A stretch of DNA of 56,216 bases. Origin: Octopus bimaculoides (taxonomy: Eukaryota). Below the pieces are notes generated by a model, which saw only the letters and a list, made by a program, of their open reading frames with translations, ran no database searches and was not told where the DNA came from. The position numbers and the translations under genes are program-made. The stretch spans positions 45,709,730-45,765,945 of the forward strand of contig NC_068981.1 in NCBI RefSeq assembly GCF_001194135.2, read 5' to 3'. Below are positions 52,960-56,216 of the stretch, piece after piece. Within the stretch, counting starts at the first letter, position 1, and each line of letters starts with the position of its first letter.

Positions 52960-55890
52960 GAAAACTCACAGCCTATTTTGATGGATATGATGGAAAGTGT
53001 CAGCTGTCCAATGTCATGTAACACTTGTTTACTGGTCATGCTTCAAGAACTCTACAAGAGAATTCTTGCTGTTCCAAGCAATGCTGAGTTTTGTAGGCGT
53101 TCTATCTTCACACTTGCACTAATCATTTTCAGCTATGTTTGTAGTCGAGTGCTGATACTTCCAAGTGCAACAATTTCTACTGGTATCGTGTCAACTCTCT
53201 TCATTGACCACAAACTCCGTATTTCTCACTTCAAATCGTCGTAGTTGTTTATTATTTGTGCTTTTTCATATTGATCCTGTTGTCACTATGGCATGCTATG
53301 TCGGGTCTATTATCATGCATGTTCTTTCATTTTTTATTCACCACAGCAATGTCCATTTTCCGATGTCTGATCAAGTGATCACACCCAGATCATTGCATCC
53401 CACAGGATTTTGCAATTCTCATTTTCGGTGACTCTTGGTGGAGTTTGCTCTAACCATATTGGTGCTGTTTGTAGACCGTTGGTTCCATAGAGCTCCCAAT
53501 AAATCATTCTTGCCCTATTGTCATGGTGTCTTTTGCATTCGCATTGTACCAATTTCGGTCATTCGCAAACGATGTGCCATACTCTTTCACCCCTCATTAC
53601 CGTTAGTGTTGCCAACTCTGCACCTCATGTATTTGGTCCTTAGCGCTTGTCCTGAGCTGCGCATAAGAACTCTTCTGTCTTTCGCTTCAGGTCACTCTTC
53701 CTCATCCATAGACTCCGGCCCTCTGTATTTGTTTTGGCACCCACATCTTTTGCAAACTTACCGTGCATACATTTTTCTTTCCATGTTCTTTTTCTTTTTT
53801 CTGTTCATTTCTTGTTTAATTTTTTTCTTTAATTAAACGATTTTCAGTTTTGATGGCACCGGCATTTTTCGTGTGTTTCAACAGTGGCTCCACTGCATTT
53901 TTATATACCAACCTGGGCTGTTTTTTCTCCGTTTCGATACAGTCATGGCAACTGATCAAACCTCTCCCACTCTTTCTTCTGGACGAGCACAGCGTATCGG
54001 TGTCACTCTTATGGAGGAAGGCTTCGTGAACAATCACCATTTTTTCTGGTCTTGCTATCCATTTACTTCATTTCTCTCTTTTGCCATTTAATAATTTCTG
54101 ATCCATACCGAAGTGATTCTATCGCCAACGTATTACCTGCTTGGATTTTATTCCATCCAATCATTTTTGAGCGCAGCACCAATTATAAGATCAGTACTAA
54201 AACAGAGGATCGTGTTCACCAAGGAACTCACTTGTGTCTCATCTTTGCCATACAGTTTCAAATAATCCATGTAGAGGAGGTGGTTTCTTGTTTCGGATGT
54301 TACCTTTAGATGGTACCCCATGTTCATTTTCCTGAGTACCAAGATCAGGGAAACATGCAGAGAACGAAAAGCAACGGAGATAGGCTGTCATCCTAAAAAA
54401 TTCCTCTTCTGATACCCAGGGGGCCTAAGCTTTGTACGTAAGACATCAATTCAGGTTTCCATCCCAACATACCTCTTTTCAGGAAACACGTTACATTCCT
54501 TGCATTTCCAAAGAGATCTAACCAATCGATGATCCATGAATATGGAATCATATCATACGTTTTGTGTCAACCTAGGCCATTCCCAGATATTTTCTCCTTC
54601 GTTTACAATCTTGCATTACCATTATGTCGATCAATATTTGATCTTTGATACCTCTGCATCTCCTTCTACAGCATTTTTGGCCCGACGGTAATATATCGTT
54701 CCCACCAATAAATTTATATAGCTCTTTTGTAAATTCCTTCTGACATTAACGGGAGGCAGGAAATTGGTCTGTAATTGTCAGCGCGATTTCCCTTTGATGC
54801 ATCATTCAGGAACACCAGCGTTCGTCCTATTGTCAACCTGCCCGGGATTTCATTTTCTGTATTGCTCAATTCATTAAATTGTTCTGCGATCAATTTACGG
54901 CAACTACTGTACACCTTCAGGAACTGCTGCTTATAAGTTTACTCTAATTTCTGATAATGTCTAAACTATGAAGTGAATAGCGTCTTGCTGGGAAAAAGAA
55001 GCTGTTTGCTTCAGGCTGCAGAGCCATTCAGCTGTAGTACTTTGTTGTACTTGCCTACTCTATATCTTAACCCCCAAAATGTCGACTTTCATCAGCATCA
55101 GGAATTAATCATTCACGTTCTTTTATCGTCATTAATTTCTTGACGAAAACAATTTGTTTTGCTTAAATTGCTTCATCCGTTCTTCAAACATAATTAGCTT
55201 TGCTTATTTTGCATGTATGTGTTGCTTTTGTTTTTTCAATTACAGCATCCAATCCTTTGTATCAACACCATAGTTGTTCCTATCTTTTTTTCGAATTTCC
55301 ATTCATTCTAAAGTTTTCCATTTCTTTTCCTCACATGTATTGACACTACACTGTTCAAGGAGTTTATATGTTCACGAATTCTCCTTTTCCACAACGGTTG
55401 TTTATTTCCTCCTATATCCGTAGCCGTTCTATCCTCAGTAGTTCTCAATCCAATCCATTCCGCCACAATCTTACTAGCAACTTTGGTAAGATTATTAGTG
55501 TTATGTTCTTTGTTTCAATGGATCTCAGAACAATATTGACTGCATTCGTCTCTTGATTTAATTTCTAATGGCTAGCCTTTTTAACGTCGCACACACATTC
55601 TTTCTCTTTTGTATTTAATAGATCCACAATTCTGTCTACTATCAATTGACTTTCATTATCGAGTAGTCACTCTTTTCAATTCTTTCATAATCCACAGTAT
55701 TATATATTTGAGAACTATTACCCATCATCACACTATATCACATTCATTTCTCGCATGCCCAATCTCATCATATGTCCTTCATTTAATAGCTTCTACCTTG
55801 AATTGTGTTAGCCATCCATTCGTAAGTATTCCTCTTGGCCTTCCATTCACAGTGCATTTATTTTATGTACACTCTGAAAAGCATGCCTTT
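52958..55890 (-). mobile_element. Long decayed R4/Dong-like LINE, subfamily B (N-terminal region, RT, knuckle region, REL endonuclease and 3' UTR)
   Basis: Minus-strand motifs occur in order: QPLWKRRI; GRTLVFLND..NYRPISCL; GIKDQILID; YDMIPYSWI; IRRGIF*DDSLSPLLFVL; NHLLYMDYLKLY (YMDD mutated); AAQ..ALRT..HIVCE..RHHDN..IYWEL; ENENCKILWD; LQNSALLGTARIL. The copy ends in (TAA)n. Confidence 0.92.
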
Positions 55891-55920
55891 CTCATTATTA
55901 TTATTATTATTATTATTATT

Positions 55921-56216
55921 TTATGTTTGACTTTTGTTTTGCATTTGTACAAGTTGGATCCAAGTCTCACCCAGAGACCTCAAGAGACAACAAGTTAGAA
56001 GTTCATGTAGGTGTTATGCCTAGGGTACCATATATTTGGATTTGTACAGTTTTGTTCAAGTGAATGTTTAAGAAACCATAAGAAAATTATGTTTGCTTTA
56101 AAATTTGAGATCACATAGACAGTATTTTACGTAGGATATGGGCAGTTCCCATGAGCACTATCTTTTGGACTTCAGCCATTTTGGGGTTTCCTGGTATCTG
56201 AGCTAGGTAGTAATCA
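55921..56216 (-). mobile_element. R4/Dong-like LINE 3' end, subfamily C (continues beyond the window)
   Basis: The minus strand reads YLAQIPGNPKMAEVQKIVLMGTAHILRKILSM*, with the stop at 56113-56111. About 190 nt of 3' UTR follow, then (TAA)n at 55920-55894. Confidence 0.88.

Overview
AT-rich, microsatellite-dense eukaryotic genomic DNA from a draft assembly, with 8 N-gaps (about 2.4 kb), mostly next to simple repeats. The SINE families and repeat landscape resemble an octopus genome; this is an inference from recalled repeat sequences, not a search. I found no convincing host protein-coding gene, rRNA or tRNA. Most ORFs in the supplied track are translations of microsatellites or N-runs. The interpretable content is decayed mobile DNA. 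(1) Seven R4/Dong-like REL-endonuclease LINE fragments from about six diverged subfamilies are stacked head-to-tail at three (TAA)n tracts, all with TAA on the sense strand, including one decayed copy of about 2.9 kb. (2) A different REL-LINE 3' end runs into (CATA)n. (3) Two copies of a short non-coding element carry a minimal Penelope-type hammerhead ribozyme and start right after trinucleotide tracts in the same hotspots. (4) Also present are a Penelope-like GIY-YIG element, an internally deleted Helitron, RTE and CR1 3' ends, probable L1/Tx1 relics, several tRNA-derived SINEs and a Tigger-like MITE. The most interesting signals are the multi-family use of (TAA)n tracts, the hammerhead element and the possible (CATA)n-targeting LINE.
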